From Malacoraja senta (lineage: Eukaryota), in NCBI GenBank assembly GCA_038087875.1, contig CM075981.1, positions 1,054,001-1,118,000 on the forward strand: a stretch of 64,000 nucleotides of DNA, written 5' to 3'. Shown here piece by piece: positions 62,224-64,000 of this stretch. Within the stretch, counting starts at the first letter, position 1, and every line of letters begins with the position of its first letter. The position numbers and the translations under genes were made by a program. The notes beneath the pieces are model-generated. The model was given only the letters and a program-made list of their open reading frames with translations, was not told the origin of the DNA and searched no databases.

Positions 62224-63679
62224 GGGTCAGATCCTGAAGCACAGCGAGCCAACAGCTGCTCGACACGTTGTAGTGTGAAAGGCTTATGGTTATATTTAAC
62301 AAATGGTTGGGTCAGATGATAACAGAGTCATAAAGCAGGAACCAGGCCTTTCTCCACAACTCGATAGACCAATATGCTCATCTAAGTTAGTCAAATTTTC
62401 TCACGTTCAACCCATATCTCCCCAAACCTTCCCTATCAATGGACCTGTCCAAGTGCCCGTTACATATTGTTATTGCAGCTGCTTCAACCACTTCGCCAAG
62501 TGTGATGTATCCGTAAGGATGGAGCTGTGATTATCTCTGTACTCAGAGTCTGTTAACACTGAACAGTGGTGGAAATAATGACAGACAAAAAAATGCAGGA
62601 GAAACTCTGCGGGCCAGGCAGCACCTCTGGAGAAAATGGTTAGGTGACGTTTCCGGTCGGGACCCCTCTTGTAAACAATGATACGTTGGATAAAATATGA
62701 CATTTAGAAGAGTGGAAACGTCTAAGATGTGTACACTTCCGGATCATTCCCTCTTGATGATTTTGTAAGTGGACCGTCAGATCAAAAATATAATAATTGG
62801 AAATTTTGTTTTGGCATATTACTGTTGACAAGGGGCAAAACAGGAAGCTGACGTTAGGAAGTAGGGGATTTTCACCTGAAACCAGCTGAGGTTAATTGGA
62901 GTTTGACCCTCTCCTCTATGCTTCAACTCTTAAATTCAAACTTTGAAACACTATTGTCATGATATTCATGTTTTGAAAATGACAATTAATGGTGTTGTGG
63001 ACTGTGAAGAAGTTTGTCTAGAATTACCACAGGATGGAGATCAGGTGGGAAAGCGGGATGTGGAATGTAACTGACATGTGTAATGTAACTCAAACAAGGG
63101 CGAAGTGATACACTTAGTGAAGTTAAAGCAAGGTAGAATATGCACGGTGAATTGAATTGTCAATTGTTAACTTGTCTTCTTTGCAATTCAAAGCTAATAA
63201 ATTATCAGGGTCGTGTTCATGTACATGTCATTTGCTGACTTTGTAAATCTGCTTGAAACAATTTCATTCTGTTATCCATCTACTTCTGGAGTGTGCAATT
63301 AGCAAGACAACTTTAAATAAATACAGCGTGGAAACAGGCACTTCGGCCCACCGAGTCCGCGCCTACCAGTGTTCACCCCGTATACAATTCACTGTGCAAA
63401 TTAACCTACAAACCTGTATGTCTTTGGAGTGTGCGAGGAAACCAGGGCACCCAGAGAAAACCCATGCGGACACAAGGAGAACGTACAAACTCCATATAGA
63501 CACCCGAGGTCAGCATCGAACCTTTATCTCAGGCGCTGTACTGCAGCAACTCTACCGCTGTGCCACTGTGTTCTACCTGAAACCCACTGACCTGCCAGTG
63601 CAAGGTGCTCTCCCTGAGCGAACATTCTTATACTCTGCATGTTCTTGCTGAATACTTGAGAACCATAGGACATAGTTGG

Positions 63680-64000
63680 AGAAGCAGAGGATCTACCTTT
63701 AAGGTGAGGGGGGAAAGATTTGATAGGAACTTGAAGGAAGCTGAACAGGGTAGGTTTAGAGCGATATGGGCCAAAGTTCTTTAGTCAGAGGGTGGTGAAT
63801 TTGTGGAATTTATTTCAACAGACGGCTGTGGAATGCAATTCGATGGATATTTTTTTAGGCAGAGATTGACATATTCCTGATTAGTGTGGGAGTCAGGGGT
63901 TATGGGGTGAAGGCATGTGAATGGAGTTGAGAGGGGTAGATAGATCATCCATGATTGAATGGCGGAGTAGACTTGATGAGCCGAAAGGCCTAATTCTGCA
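63680..64000 (+). mobile_element. CR1 3' fragment (shared with the duplicated block at about 40225-40516)
   Basis: CR1 ORF2 end and 3' UTR. Confidence 0.75.

Noticed and set aside
62640-62880. Possible terminal exon of a further upstream paralogue (acceptor-like ctggtttcag at about 62880)
   Set aside because: No homology to identified exons and no motif-bearing open frame; cannot be supported from this window

Overview
Repeat-dense vertebrate genomic DNA, most likely a cartilaginous fish such as a skate or ray (inferred from HE1-type SINEs, SGNH-ORF1 CR1 and L1 content). It holds two tandem minus-strand paralogues of a CD300/pIgR-like Ig receptor family that resembles the skate MDIR family. 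Gene A (leader 37963, stop 8954) assembles by hand into an intact 6-exon, 292-aa inhibitory receptor: V domain, Ser/Thr stalk, TM, and a tail with four Tyr motifs. Gene B (leader 62123) has a V-C2-V-C2 ectodomain, with a frameshift in the second C2 exon and a Penelope-derived insertion in its stalk exon, so both splice routes stop before the TM exon. An orphan copy of the ITIM tail exon lies inverted in a gene B intron. Intron 2 of gene A contains a complete but decayed class I (gamma/epsilon-like) endogenous retrovirus (15271-27711). It has 537-bp LTRs about 97% identical, a 5-bp TSD, a tRNA-Pro PBS, an amber gag-pol junction with a strong pseudoknot, and two nested L1 insertions, one with a 50-bp TSD. 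Other content: a full-length L1, a CR1 with open ORF2, L2, Rex1-like and Penelope fragments, many fold-back Penelope-terminus elements with hammerhead-like cores, a MITE-like DNA element and a G-rich minisatellite. All coordinates and alignments were read by eye; repeat boundaries without a TSD are approximate.
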